Assembly: GCA_963718665.1 (NCBI GenBank)
Contig: OY970359.1
Span: forward strand, 1,472,001-1,536,000
Origin: an uncultured Phycisphaerales bacterium
GTDB taxonomy: Bacteria; Planctomycetota; Phycisphaerae; Sedimentisphaerales; Anaerobacaceae
Length of the DNA stretch: 64,000 nt
Direction: 5' to 3'
Below are positions 1-9,843 of this stretch, one piece after another (the first letter of the stretch is position 1; every line of letters begins with the position of its first letter). Made by a program: the position numbers and the translations under genes. The notes under the pieces are model-generated. The model had not been told where the DNA came from. It did no database searches and was given only the letters and a program-made list of their open reading frames with translations.

Positions 1-406
1 TATGCGGAACTTCGACTGGCTTTCCTACGCAGGCCAAAGCAAACACTTAGTAGCTGATTCGAAGGGCGGTTCGCTTTTAGTTGATTATTTCCCGATCGTC
101 GAAGGTCACGGCAACGAAAAGGTTTCCATAACCGCATCGCATGTCGAAGCCGATATCGCCGATATGCCGACCGGGCGAACGGAGCTTAAAGATATGCAGG
201 CAACAGGCGCGGTTACTTACGAAGACAAGGACACGCAGGTCATAGGCAACGAATTTATCTACGATGCCAACACCGCCTTAATTGATATCAAAGGCGACAA
301 AGTCCGTCCCTGCATTTTCAACGGTGCAGTTATCGACGCCGTGCGATACGATACAAAAACCGGCAAGTGGAATACGCACCTCAAAGGCCCGGGGGCGATA
401 AGGTAA
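1..406 (+). CDS. C-terminal fragment of a hypothetical beta-rich protein (LptA/OstA-like appearance)
   Basis: ORF open from the window edge; motifs such as ATGAVTY and GNEFIYD resemble OstA-like beta-jellyroll repeats. Confidence 0.5.
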   Translation, partial: MRNFDWLSYAGQSKHLVADSKGGSLLVDYFPIVEGHGNEKVSITASHVEADIADMPTGRTELKDMQATGAVTYEDKDTQVIGNEFIYDANTALIDIKGDKVRPCIFNGAVIDAVRYDTKTGKWNTHLKGPGAIR

Positions 407-588
407 TTGCCGATTTTCGATTGCCGATTTAGCCGCAAAAAAGTGCAAAATTCACAAAAGCATAAACGTAAATCGGGGTTTATCCGCCTTTTGACCATTA
501 CTCGAGCTTTTTATAAGGCGTCTAACTCTAATTATTACAAAGGGTTATGCTAAAATAGTAAATTTTTTGAAAAGTGGTTATATTTATA

Positions 589-616
589 TTGACTTATAAT
601 TTTATTTTTGTATAAT
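589..616 (+). promoter_or_regulatory. sigma70-type promoter upstream of HNH-AP2 gene 1
   Basis: TTGACT-N16-TATAAT. Confidence 0.55.
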
Positions 617-665
617 TCAAACTCGCACTGGCCGGTGGTGGGCTGGCCAGGCAGTTCGCGCAGCA

Positions 666-696
666 CCCGCCTTCGCCGAAAGCTACGGCGGGCGGG
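666..696. repeat. short palindromic element (CCTG-hairpin family)
   Basis: cccgccttcgccgaaagctacggcgggcggg; its reverse complement resembles the elements at 45406 and 50737. Confidence 0.65.
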
Positions 697-789
697 GCGC
701 AAGATGTGACCCAGCAGGGCAAGGTAGCACCAAACATTAAGGCACTTGGTGATTTTGTGTCTTAGTGGCGAATTAAAGGAGATGGGGTC

Positions 790-1368
790 ATGTCTGTTAA
801 TTTAAATTTAAGGGTTCCCGAATGGTTAGACAAAATCTGCGCAAGTCCATTGATTGTTTATCGCCGGCTGAAATATGGTTTCTCGTTCCGCAGAATTTAT
901 CTTGGGCAGAACGAATACACAATCGTCGAACCAGCGGATTACTATGCCTTCAGTAAATACAACTGGATTTTAATAAGATGCAATAAAAAACCTTACGCTA
1001 TCAGCGAATTTAAAATCGGGCGTAAAAAAACTAAGAGGGTGTATTTGCACAGGGCAATTATGAAGCCCAGAGGACGGAAACTTGTTGACCACAGAAACTG
1101 CGACGGCTTAGATAATCGCAGGGCGAACCTGCGCTTGGCTACTTATGCTCAAAATCTCGCTAACAGGGCAAAAACAAAATCGAAGACAACTTCGAAATAT
1201 CGCGGGGTTTCTTTTAACAAGGGCGGCAAGAAATGGGGTGCCACAATTAGCTGGCGACATAAGGCAAGATGGCTTGGCCGATTTGAAAACGAAATCGACG
1301 CCGCAAAAGCATACGACAAGGCCGCACGTAAATACTATAAGGATTTCGCACGGTTGAATTTTCCGTAG
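790..1368 (+). CDS. HNH endonuclease-like / AP2 DNA-binding domain protein (copy 1)
   Basis: YLHRAIM...[17 protein letters not shown] (HNH_3-like), then SKYRGV...WLGRF...AAKAYD...ARLNF (AP2); AAGGAG RBS. Confidence 0.9.
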   Translation: MSVNLNLRVPEWLDKICASPLIVYRRLKYGFSFRRIYLGQNEYTIVEPADYYAFSKYNWILIRCNKKPYAISEFKIGRKKTKRVYLHRAIMKPRGRKLVDHRNCDGLDNRRANLRLATYAQNLANRAKTKSKTTSKYRGVSFNKGGKKWGATISWRHKARWLGRFENEIDAAKAYDKAARKYYKDFARLNFP

Positions 1369-1465
1369 CCACAGATTACACAGATTGCACAGATTTATTT
1401 TTGACGCTGATTAACGCAGATTGCGCAGATTTTTCACCACGAAGCGGGACGAAGAAACACAAAGG
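1369..1465 (+). repeat. ~9-bp-period repeat clusters
   Basis: ccacagatt acacagatt gcacagatt; acgctgatt aacgcagatt gcgcagatt; ccacgaag..gacgaag..cacaaag. Confidence 0.8.
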
Positions 1466-1658
1466 TTTCGGTCAGTGATGCGTACTTAACGCGGCCTTTG
1501 CTCTCCCTAAGGGATGCGCAAGGCCCACGTCTCGTCCGCGGGTCTAACTTCGTTATCCCCCGGCAATTCTGCCGGAACTGGCCGAAACAAATTAAGCCGA
1601 GCGAAACACACTGTCCGCTCCACGCTGATTATTCCTTTGACGCCGAGAACGTCAGGAT

Positions 1659-4604
1659 TTATAGGAATAAATTTCTCAACAACCCTCTTACTTTCTCCGC
1701 TTCTTTATTGTTTCCCTGCGATTCAAATAACTTTATTGCTATTTCAAGTTCATTCTTGGCTTCCTCTTTTCTTCCAATTTTAGAAAGAAAGACACCATAA
1801 TCTCTGTCATTTTTGGGGTAATTATCTACCGGATAGTTAGCCACAACTCTTGTTGTTTCTTTGTATTCTTTTTCTGCTTCTTCGTATTTTCCTAGTTTTC
1901 CTAATGTATTTGCTAAATGCCTATGGGCTGAAGGGTACATATCATTTAGTTCTATTGCTTTTCTATATTCTTTTTCGGCTTCCTTATATAGTTTTAATTT
2001 ATCCTCATCGTTTCGTGCTCTATCACCTAATTCCTCTTGTAAAATTCCTAGATTTTTATGAGCTAAGGCACTGTTTGGGTCTAATCTTAATGCGTCTACA
2101 AGAGCATTTTTTGCCTCGTCAAACTTGCCTGATCTTATCAATGCTCTTGCGCGGTGGGCATGAATATCTGGAAGTTGACTACAAAGATACTCAAATTGGG
2201 TACGAACCTTACTATCATCGGGGCGTATTTTTAGTATTTCTTCAAATTGTCGTGCCGCTTCCACCTCTCTTCCGCGATATGATAAGAAATATTCATAAGT
2301 AGTACGCGCCTTAACATTCTTGGGATTTTTTTCTATCACTTTATTGTAGCAATCTTCCGCTTCTTTGTCCCTATTTAACTTTTCTAATAAAACTCCAAGA
2401 CAAATAAGCGCGTCTTCGTAGTCTGGAGTTATTTCTAGAGCATTTCTGTACTCTTCTTCAGCTTTTTCGTATAGTTTTTTAGCCTCATCACGTCTATCTT
2501 TCTTAACTTCCTCGTTCCCCAGAGTTACTAACAGATATCCAAGATTATTATGCGCTTCTGCATAATCCCGTTTTGATTCTATAGCTTTCCTATATTCTCT
2601 TTCTGCCTCGTCATATCTTTTTAAGTTCGTTAATGCATAACCGAGAGCGAGATGGGCTTCAGCATAATTAGGATTGATATCGAGCGCTTTTCTATGTTCT
2701 TTTTCGGCTTCTTCATAATTTTTTAGATTTGCTAATAAACGACCAAGATTGACATAGGCAACAATATAATCTGGAGATGCTTTTATAGCTTTTTTGTATT
2801 CCTCTTCCGCTTCTTTCCACCTTCTCAGTTTTGCCAATAAATACCCCAAATTGTTATGAGCAGAAGGATACTCTGGCTTTAATCTTATCGCCTCCCTATA
2901 CTCTTTCTCCGCTTCTTCATCTTTTCCTAATTTGTTTGCCAATAAGTGTCCAAGGAGATTATGTGCAAAAGGAGATTCAGTATTTAACTCTATTGCCTTC
3001 TTATATTCCTTTTCCGCTTCTTCATCTTTTCCCAATTTTCCCAAGGCATACGCAAGACAATGATGTGCCGATGGATAACTTTCGTTTATCTTTATTGCTG
3101 TTCTATGTTTTTCCACCGCTTCTTGATATAACCCTCTTGCTTCATCGCATTCTCCTTTAATTTCTCCTAAGCTGGTTAGCACATACCCAAGATTGTTATG
3201 GTTTGCAGCATAAGAAGGGGCTATCTTTATTGCTTCTCTATACTCGTCTATTGCTTTTTTATATAGTTCTTCCGCTTCGTTATATTTCCCCTTGGCCTCC
3301 TCAGATTCTCCCAATTTTGTTGATGCATACCCAAGACCGTTATGTGCAAGAGCATAATTGGGATATATCCTCAACGCTGCTAAATGACAATCTTTAGCAT
3401 GAACGAAATCATTTTTATAGAGAAATCCATTCCCAAGATAGAATAAACTCCCTGGATCGTTCACCCCAATAAGCATATTCTTTAATTTCATTAAATCATT
3501 TATTGAAGGATCATAATCATAGACGCAGATATCTAAATATGCTGCGTAAATATCAATAATGCCTTCATCCATTGTGATGAGACTTCCCTCCTTCAAGTTA
3601 TTGATAATTTCATCCCAAATATATTTTTTTGTTTTTTCAGGCGGTAACTCGAAGATATTTTCGCAAACATCCTTAACGCGACTCTCTTTATAAAGGAATA
3701 AATTTCCCCCCCTTAGTAACTTTAAAGCTCTTAAAACGACTTTACCGTCTTTTGCACTTTTATATCTCTCTTTCATATCTCCCAAGTCCAAAGTAATAGA
3801 CCCGGGGGTCCCATCAAACTGTTCTGGGTTCCACTTAAAATTTTTATCTTCTTTCTTGATATCTTCTAGCAGCATCTTCCGTTCATTTTCACTAATCACT
3901 TCCAGTTCTATGGTTGTGAATTGTCTATACATTTCTGTTTTGACTAAATCCAATTCTTCTCCAGTACGGCAAGTAGCGACTACGATTAATTTTTTACTTT
4001 TCTTCTTTAAACTATCGATTACATACTCGGTCTTCTTATCAACAAAACGTTCAAGATCATCGAGAAATAGGATGAGGTTCTTATTACTCCAAGGAGGGAT
4101 TTTAATTTTTTCTATCTCTGCCTCTTCGGGTTTTGGTTTGATTACTGAGAAATTTTCAAGTTTCTTTATTGCCTCATAGGACGCTCTTGTTTTTCCTATT
4201 TTTGGTTTGCCAGTAATCAAAATATATTCTTCATTTTTAAGGGAATTCTCTATTGTCGTATCGCTTTTTCGTGGCCTGTGGGCTTTTTTATAACCTTGAA
4301 TCTTGAAGTTTTCAGGTGTAAGTTTCTTAACTGGTTCATAAAATTCCCAAATCTTTCTAAATTCATCCTCTTTTTCTTTTTTCCAAGCATAAATCGTGAT
4401 CACAAAAAACACAGGAACAAGGGCAACCAAACCTATCATATGTATAGAGCAAAACTTGATGAGGTTAGATATCATCTCTTCTTTCCATTCGTGAGGAATA
4501 CGCTCATATATGATATTGCCGGAAATGGCCACGATGAGGCCAACCACGATACTCCCAAATATAAAACTCCCCATTAATTTTATGATTTTCCACAGACCTG
4601 CCAT
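1659..4604 (-). CDS. membrane-anchored P-loop NTPase with long TPR array (STAND-like architecture)
   Basis: Two N-terminal hydrophobic helices, Walker A GKPKIGKT, Walker B LILFLDD, many AHNNLG-type TPRs; GGAGG RBS; visibly AT-rich. Confidence 0.85.
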   Translation of the reverse strand: MAGLWKIIKLMGSFIFGSIVVGLIVAISGNIIYERIPHEWKEEMISNLIKFCSIHMIGLVALVPVFFVITIYAWKKEKEDEFRKIWEFYEPVKKLTPENFKIQGYKKAHRPRKSDTTIENSLKNEEYILITGKPKIGKTRASYEAIKKLENFSVIKPKPEEAEIEKIKIPPWSNKNLILFLDDLERFVDKKTEYVIDSLKKKSKKLIVVATCRTGEELDLVKTEMYRQFTTIELEVISENERKMLLEDIKKEDKNFKWNPEQFDGTPGSITLDLGDMKERYKSAKDGKVVLRALKLLRGGNLFLYKESRVKDVCENIFELPPEKTKKYIWDEIINNLKEGSLITMDEGIIDIYAAYLDICVYDYDPSINDLMKLKNMLIGVNDPGSLFYLGNGFLYKNDFVHAKDCHLAALRIYPNYALAHNGLGYASTKLGESEEAKGKYNEAEELYKKAIDEYREAIKIAPSYAANHNNLGYVLTSLGEIKGECDEARGLYQEAVEKHRTAIKINESYPSAHHCLAYALGKLGKDEEAEKEYKKAIELNTESPFAHNLLGHLLANKLGKDEEAEKEYREAIRLKPEYPSAHNNLGYLLAKLRRWKEAEEEYKKAIKASPDYIVAYVNLGRLLANLKNYEEAEKEHRKALDINPNYAEAHLALGYALTNLKRYDEAEREYRKAIESKRDYAEAHNNLGYLLVTLGNEEVKKDRRDEAKKLYEKAEEEYRNALEITPDYEDALICLGVLLEKLNRDKEAEDCYNKVIEKNPKNVKARTTYEYFLSYRGREVEAARQFEEILKIRPDDSKVRTQFEYLCSQLPDIHAHRARALIRSGKFDEAKNALVDALRLDPNSALAHKNLGILQEELGDRARNDEDKLKLYKEAEKEYRKAIELNDMYPSAHRHLANTLGKLGKYEEAEKEYKETTRVVANYPVDNYPKNDRDYGVFLSKIGRKEEAKNELEIAIKLFESQGNNKEAEKVRGLLRNLFL

Positions 4605-4892
4605 TTTATCCTCCGGTATTCAATTATAAGGTGCTCCGTAGGCAATCGCGCACAACTAAAATAACCGAACGCTTCATGCTCCTAATTAGCATATTTCCTC
4701 TGCAACTATTCTGCCGTTCACCTACTCACCTGTCAAGGGCGGCCTTGAGAACGTCGTCGGCTTTTTTAACAAAGACAAACTTCACCCCTTTTTTCGCCTC
4801 AAGATTTCATAATACCGACGTTACCGTATTACTCGCTGCCCTTCGGGAAGATAAATCCTGTTATCCTATCAAAAAACTATGTAGCAAAAACG

Positions 4893-5636
4893 TCAGCGGC
4901 AGAGGGCTTTTAGTTCGGAGAGGGACAGTTCGTTTAGATGCTCAATAACTTTATCCGCGGGTTTTAAGTGTTCAGCGGCGTAAGTGTTGGTAATGGCGAC
5001 CGTTCGCATGCCGGCGGCCTTCGCGGCCTCAAGGCCCCAGTGCGAATCCTCAATCACAACACAATTTTCCGGCTTGATTGACTTGTGCATCCTCTTGTCG
5101 AGCAGTTTCAGAGCCAGCAGAAAACCTTCGGGGTCGGGTTTGCCATTTTCAACCTGTTCGGCTGAAACAATCACCTCGAAATAACTGCGCAACAACGCAC
5201 CCTTAAGAATCATTTCGATTTCAGGCAGCAACGCGCCGGAGCAGATTCCAATCGGGATTTTATTGCCGGCGAGCATATTAAGAAACTGGGGCACGCCCTC
5301 GATTATGCCCGCCCCGTTAGAAATCTGCGATTTATCGGAAACTTTTGTATTACGATTTTTTCTAACGGGGCCCGCCTCGGTCGCCGCCATTTCTTTGAAG
5401 AGGTTCGCCTTTTCGCCGAGCAATTTTTCGAACTGCTGATTCGATAAAGACAGCTTTCCCTCTTTGTTAACAATTCGCAGAAGCTCCTGGTCTGAAAGCC
5501 CGAGGAACCTGTCATAATAATCGCGTATCGATAACTGGTAATTGAATTTGGTCAGCGTGCGGTTGAACGCCTGATAGTGCAGTTTTTCGGAATCCACGAG
5601 GACGCCATCGAAATCAAATATAACAGCTTCGAGCAT
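4893..5636 (-). CDS. HAD-superfamily phosphatase (beta-PGM-like) with a 21-codon in-frame insertion
   Basis: FDFDGVLVDSE, GKPDPE and VIEDS motifs. Confidence 0.9.
   Translation of the reverse strand: MLEAVIFDFDGVLVDSEKLHYQAFNRTLTKFNYQLSIRDYYDRFLGLSDQELLRIVNKEGKLSLSNQQFEKLLGEKANLFKEMAATEAGPVRKNRNTKVSDKSQISNGAGIIEGVPQFLNMLAGNKIPIGICSGALLPEIEMILKGALLRSYFEVIVSAEQVENGKPDPEGFLLALKLLDKRMHKSIKPENCVVIEDSHWGLEAAKAAGMRTVAITNTYAAEHLKPADKVIEHLNELSLSELKALCR
5311..5371. mobile_element. miniature inverted-repeat element inside the HAD gene
   Basis: 13-bp perfect IR gccccgttagaaa/tttctaacggggc; gcccgc repeated 63 bp apart. Confidence 0.75.
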
Positions 5637-5649
5637 ATCAACACCTTTG

Positions 5650-5790
5650 GCCACAGAGATTTCCGAAGCGGGCTCGTCGTTTCGCTCCGTGTTTAGCCAC
5701 AGAGGACACAGAGAGCACAGAGATTAAAAACAAAAACAGTGTAAATCCGTGTTAATCCGTGTCTGAAATCAGCGGTGTCAATTCGTGTCT
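5650..5790. repeat. ~9-bp-period repeats in both orientations
   Basis: gccacagaggacacagagagcacagag, then gtgtaaatccgtgttaatccgtgtc. Confidence 0.7.
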
Positions 5791-5796
5791 GTTTCA

Positions 5797-7597
5797 TTAT
5801 TGTTCGGGGACGGGGCCAATCAGGGCGGCAAAGTCCGTGAACGAGGATTTGTCGCCCGAACATATTAACTGGATAAGCGCCGCGTTTTTCGGCGAGTTTT
5901 TAGTGATGAACCGTCGGGCGACAATCGCCTTGCGTTTTTTCATAGGCATCGTCTGCTCTTTTGCTTCGTCTGAATCCTCGACCGCGACGGTCATCTCGAC
6001 CTTCGTGCTTGCGTAATCGCAGAACAAATACCCCACGATTAAATCCATCGCGATATCGACCAGCGGTCTTCCGTAGAGGTCCATATACTCCGCGCCCTGC
6101 TGTTTGACAAACGCGACGGCTGAGAATAGCTGTTTTGTTCCTTCGGCTAATTTGGCGAGCAGGTCTTTCAATTCGGGGTCATATTCTTTCTGCGCCAGCT
6201 CCGCAAGGTACTTTTCCGCTGTGCCGCTGCAAACGCCGCGGACCGCCGCGACAATTTGCAACTGAGAAGTGCCTTCGTAAATCGTCGTGATTCGGGCGTC
6301 GCGCGCATGCCGCTCGACCGCGTAATCGCGCATATAACCCGAACCGCCGAGAACCTGGATTGAGTCATAACTGACGCGGTTTGCCATTTCAGAGCATATA
6401 TATTTGCTCATCGGGGTCAGCATCGACGCGAGCCGGTCAAATCGGCGCGTCTGCTCTTTCAGCGATTTCAGTTTCTCTTTATCCGTAGGCGGGTTTAATT
6501 CGAGCTGCTTTTCACAGGAGATATTTATATCGACGACACGGGACGTTTCATAAAGCATCGCCCGTCCCGCCTCAATCGAGATTTTCATATCAATCAGCAT
6601 GTCGCGGACGGCAGGCAGCTTTTGTATTGCTGTGCCGAATTGTTTTCTGCTCGACGCGTAATCTCTCGCCACGCGATACGCCGCTTCGGCGATACCCAAT
6701 GACTGGCCGGCGATTCCGATACGCGCGCCGTTCATCAATGCCATAACGTATGTAACTAATCCGCGCTGCCTTTCGCCGATTAGCTGGCAGGGGGTGTTAT
6801 CGAAGAATATTTCGCAGGTGGGGCTGCCGTGAATGCCTAACTTGTCTTCAAGCCGGCGGATATGCACGGTCGGGCCTCTGTCGCATACGAACAAGCTGAG
6901 TCCCAGTCCGCCTGTGCGGTCCGGCTCGCTTCTGGCTAACACGAGCAGAACTTCGCCGCAGCCATTGGTGATAAATCTCTTAACACCGTGCAACAACCAG
7001 TTGCCGTTGTTATCCTGGAACGCGCGCAGCTTGACGGCCTGCAAATCCGAACCGGCATCCGGCTCAGTAAGCACCATCGCGCCAGTAATTTTGCCGGCGG
7101 CAAAATCATGCAGGTATTTTTGTTTTATTTCCTCGGACGCGAAGGCATCGATTGTCCCCGCGATACCCTGTAACCCGAATATATTCATAAGCGAGGCGTC
7201 GGCGCGAGACGATTTCGGTCGCCATCGAATAGACGAGATTCGGGAAATTAATCCCGCCGAAACGGTGAGGCAATGTAAAACCCATCACCTCCGCCTTGGC
7301 TAATTTGTCCATTGATTCGGCGATTCCTTTTGCGTAACTCACTGAGCCGTCGGCGTTGAGGGTACTGCCTTCCCTGTCAACCGATTCAGCCCGCGGCGCG
7401 ATAAAGTCCCCGCTCAACTGACCGATAGAATCGAGAACCATCTCATAATTGCGTATCGCTTCATCGGCGTCGGCGGGCGCGGAATCGAACTGCGAAGCGA
7501 ATTTGAAATCCTCTTCACACAATTTAGCGAGAGCGCCCAGGTCGATGTGTTTGAATAAAAATCGTATGTCGTCGTTATCAGTGTAAAAATTTGGCAT
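5797..7597 (-). CDS. acyl-CoA dehydrogenase, apparent 2-bp frameshift near 7203
   Basis: LTEPDAGSDL, KRFITNG, KLGIHGSPT, GGSGY, IYEGT; restoring 2 nt joins the two ORFs as EIVSRADASLMN. Confidence 0.88.
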
Positions 7598-7599
7598 CG

Positions 7600-8652
7600 T
7601 TATTTACCTTCGCCTATAGCTTCCTTGAATCCCTTTTCCTTGATTGCCTTTATCATTTTCGGGACGACATCGTTGAGGTCGCCGACGATTTTATAATGCG
7701 CCACGTCAAAAATAGGCGCCTGCGGGTCGTTGTTGATTGCGACGATTTTCTGGCTCTGGTTCATACCCGACTGATGCTGTATCGCCCCGCTGATTCCCAC
7801 CGCGATATAAAGCGATGGTCTGACGGTCGTGCCCGTCTGGCCCACCTGGTGGTCGTGGTCGATTAAACCGAGGTCAACCGCCGCCCTCGTTGCCGCGGGC
7901 GCTCCGCCCAAGCAATTCGCCAAATCCCAGATTAGCCGGAAGTTATCCTTGCTGCCCACTCCCGCGCCGCCCGCCACGATAATCCGAGCTGCCTTGAGGT
8001 CAACCTTCCTGGCCCGGGTATGCTCTTCGAGAATCTCGATTGGCAGTTCCTCCGGGGATAATTGAACCTTTTCAGTGATTACCTGGCCTTTCCTTTTGGT
8101 ATCGGGCGTCGGCATTACCATAACGCCTTCGCGGACGGTTGCCATCTGGGGCCAGCGGTCATAATTGATAATCGTCGCAATGATATTGCCGCCAAACGCG
8201 GGCCGAATCTGGAAGAGCAGGTTCTTGTGCAATTGGCCGTCGGTTGTCTTGTGGTCGCCGATTTGCAAATCAGTGCAGTCCGCCGTCAAACCCGCCTTGG
8301 TTACGCTTGCGATTCTCGGCCCCAAATCCCTGCCCACCGCCGTCGCGCCGTAAATCACAATCTGCGGCTTGTATTTGTGAATCAGGTCATAAATTATTTT
8401 GGTGTAGCTGTTTGCCTGATAATGTTCGAGCAGCGGATGCTCCGCAAGATAAACTTTGTCCGCTCCATACTGAATCAGTTTTTTCGCAAGGGCTTTTACG
8501 TTATCACCCAGCAGCAACGCACCAAGCCCAACACCAAGAATGTCCGCCAGATGCCGACCTTTGCTCATAAGCTCAATGGGCGTATCTTCCAGCAGGCCGC
8601 CGTGCTGTTCCGCGAATACCCAAACTTCACCCTGTCTGTTTACGTCAATCAT
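7600..8652 (-). CDS. etfA: electron transfer flavoprotein alpha subunit
   Basis: GLTADCT, RPAFGGN, QVGQTG, GISGAIQH. Confidence 0.95.
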   Translation of the reverse strand: MIDVNRQGEVWVFAEQHGGLLEDTPIELMSKGRHLADILGVGLGALLLGDNVKALAKKLIQYGADKVYLAEHPLLEHYQANSYTKIIYDLIHKYKPQIVIYGATAVGRDLGPRIASVTKAGLTADCTDLQIGDHKTTDGQLHKNLLFQIRPAFGGNIIATIINYDRWPQMATVREGVMVMPTPDTKRKGQVITEKVQLSPEELPIEILEEHTRARKVDLKAARIIVAGGAGVGSKDNFRLIWDLANCLGGAPAATRAAVDLGLIDHDHQVGQTGTTVRPSLYIAVGISGAIQHQSGMNQSQKIVAINNDPQAPIFDVAHYKIVGDLNDVVPKMIKAIKEKGFKEAIGEGK

Positions 8653-8653
8653 A

Positions 8654-8688
8654 TTTCGTATCTCGTATTTCGTCGTTCGTATTTCGTA
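8654..8688. repeat. heptamer tandem repeat x5
   Basis: tttcgta tctcgta tttcgtc gttcgta tttcgta. Confidence 0.8.
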
Positions 8689-8693
8689 ATTAG

Positions 8694-9605
8694 TTATGCG
8701 ATGATTTTGTCTTCGAGAAGTTCGTGAATCATACCAGCCAGGCCGTTGTCGGTCGGCTCAATCGATTTTGTTTCTTTGGCGGCCAGCACGACGCTTTGAA
8801 TCCGGTGAACTTTTGTGGGTGAGCCGCTCCTGCCGCACCACGTCAAATCCGCTTTCAGCAAATCAAGGTTCCACTGCTCTATGAGAAGCCCCTTCTTGTC
8901 CATCTCGCTGCATTTTTGCACGGCCAGTTCTTTTATCTCTTCTGCGCTGGCGTGAGGATTTTCGGCTTTTATCTTCTGCTCGACCTCCGCGGGCGTCATT
9001 GCGGCCTTGTATTTCATCATTTTTTTTGCCGCCGCGACTCTCGGCACGTTGGCCTCACCCGTTACCGTCAGCAGCACGGGCAACTGCGTTTTGACCTTCT
9101 GCCAGCCGTTGCCAATGTTGCGCTGAGCAGTTATCGTCTGCCCCTCGATTTCGACCGGCTTTTCAACGTAGGTGATTTGCGGTATTCCCAGTTTTTCCGC
9201 CAATTGAGGCCCAACCTGTGCGGTATCGCCGTCAATTGCCTGCCTGCCGCAAAGGACAATGTCATATTTAATCCGTTTTACTGCGCAACAGAGTATGTAA
9301 CTCGTTGCCAGGGTATCACTTGCAGCACAACGGGCGTCCGTAATCAGGATTGCCTCGTCGGCCCCGCGGTAAAGGGCGTCCTTTAGTGTCGCGACCGCCG
9401 CGGGCAGCCCCATTGTTATAACAGTAACCGTCCCGCCGAAGCGGTCCTTGATATCCAATGCCATTTCAAGGGCGTTAAGGTCTTCCGGGTTGAATATCGC
9501 CGGCAATGCCGCACGATTCACCGTTCCGTCATCGTTCATCGCCTTGCCCGTTACCCTTTTGGTGTCGGGCACCTGTTTTACCAGTACTACGCAATTATAC
9601 GCCAC
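8694..9605 (-). CDS. etfB: electron transfer flavoprotein beta subunit
   Basis: VKQVPDT, NPEDLNALE, GRQAIDGDTAQVG. Confidence 0.95.
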   Translation of the reverse strand: MAYNCVVLVKQVPDTKRVTGKAMNDDGTVNRAALPAIFNPEDLNALEMALDIKDRFGGTVTVITMGLPAAVATLKDALYRGADEAILITDARCAASDTLATSYILCCAVKRIKYDIVLCGRQAIDGDTAQVGPQLAEKLGIPQITYVEKPVEIEGQTITAQRNIGNGWQKVKTQLPVLLTVTGEANVPRVAAAKKMMKYKAAMTPAEVEQKIKAENPHASAEEIKELAVQKCSEMDKKGLLIEQWNLDLLKADLTWCGRSGSPTKVHRIQSVVLAAKETKSIEPTDNGLAGMIHELLEDKIIA

Positions 9606-9843
9606 TTTTGGTCTCCTTACCGGCTTGGGTCAATAGCCGCAGCCGCAATCAAAGGAGGGCAGTGTAGCAGGATTCTCAGCTAAGTCAATGGCCCAGAAAG
9701 CGTTAAACTGGGAAGGCAAAATGGCCGATTTCGTTATTGGACCACAGTTAGATTCTATTTTTATTTTGACAAAGGTCTGGTATAACTAATAATAGCAGGA
9801 TTAAACTGGAAGAATACCTCCTTCCAAACCGGTAAATGGATAA

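Noticed and set aside
1369..1465. Possible CRISPR array
   Set aside because: Units are ~9 bp tandem repeats with no unique spacers, and no cas genes are present
1542..1660. Canonical integron attC site
   Set aside because: A GTTAGAC core is present but there is no convincing RYYYAAC partner or long hairpin, and no intI; kept only as a weak note
1850..4577. Plus-strand ORFs inside the TPR gene
   Set aside because: Antisense shadows of a long repetitive gene; no RBS or motifs
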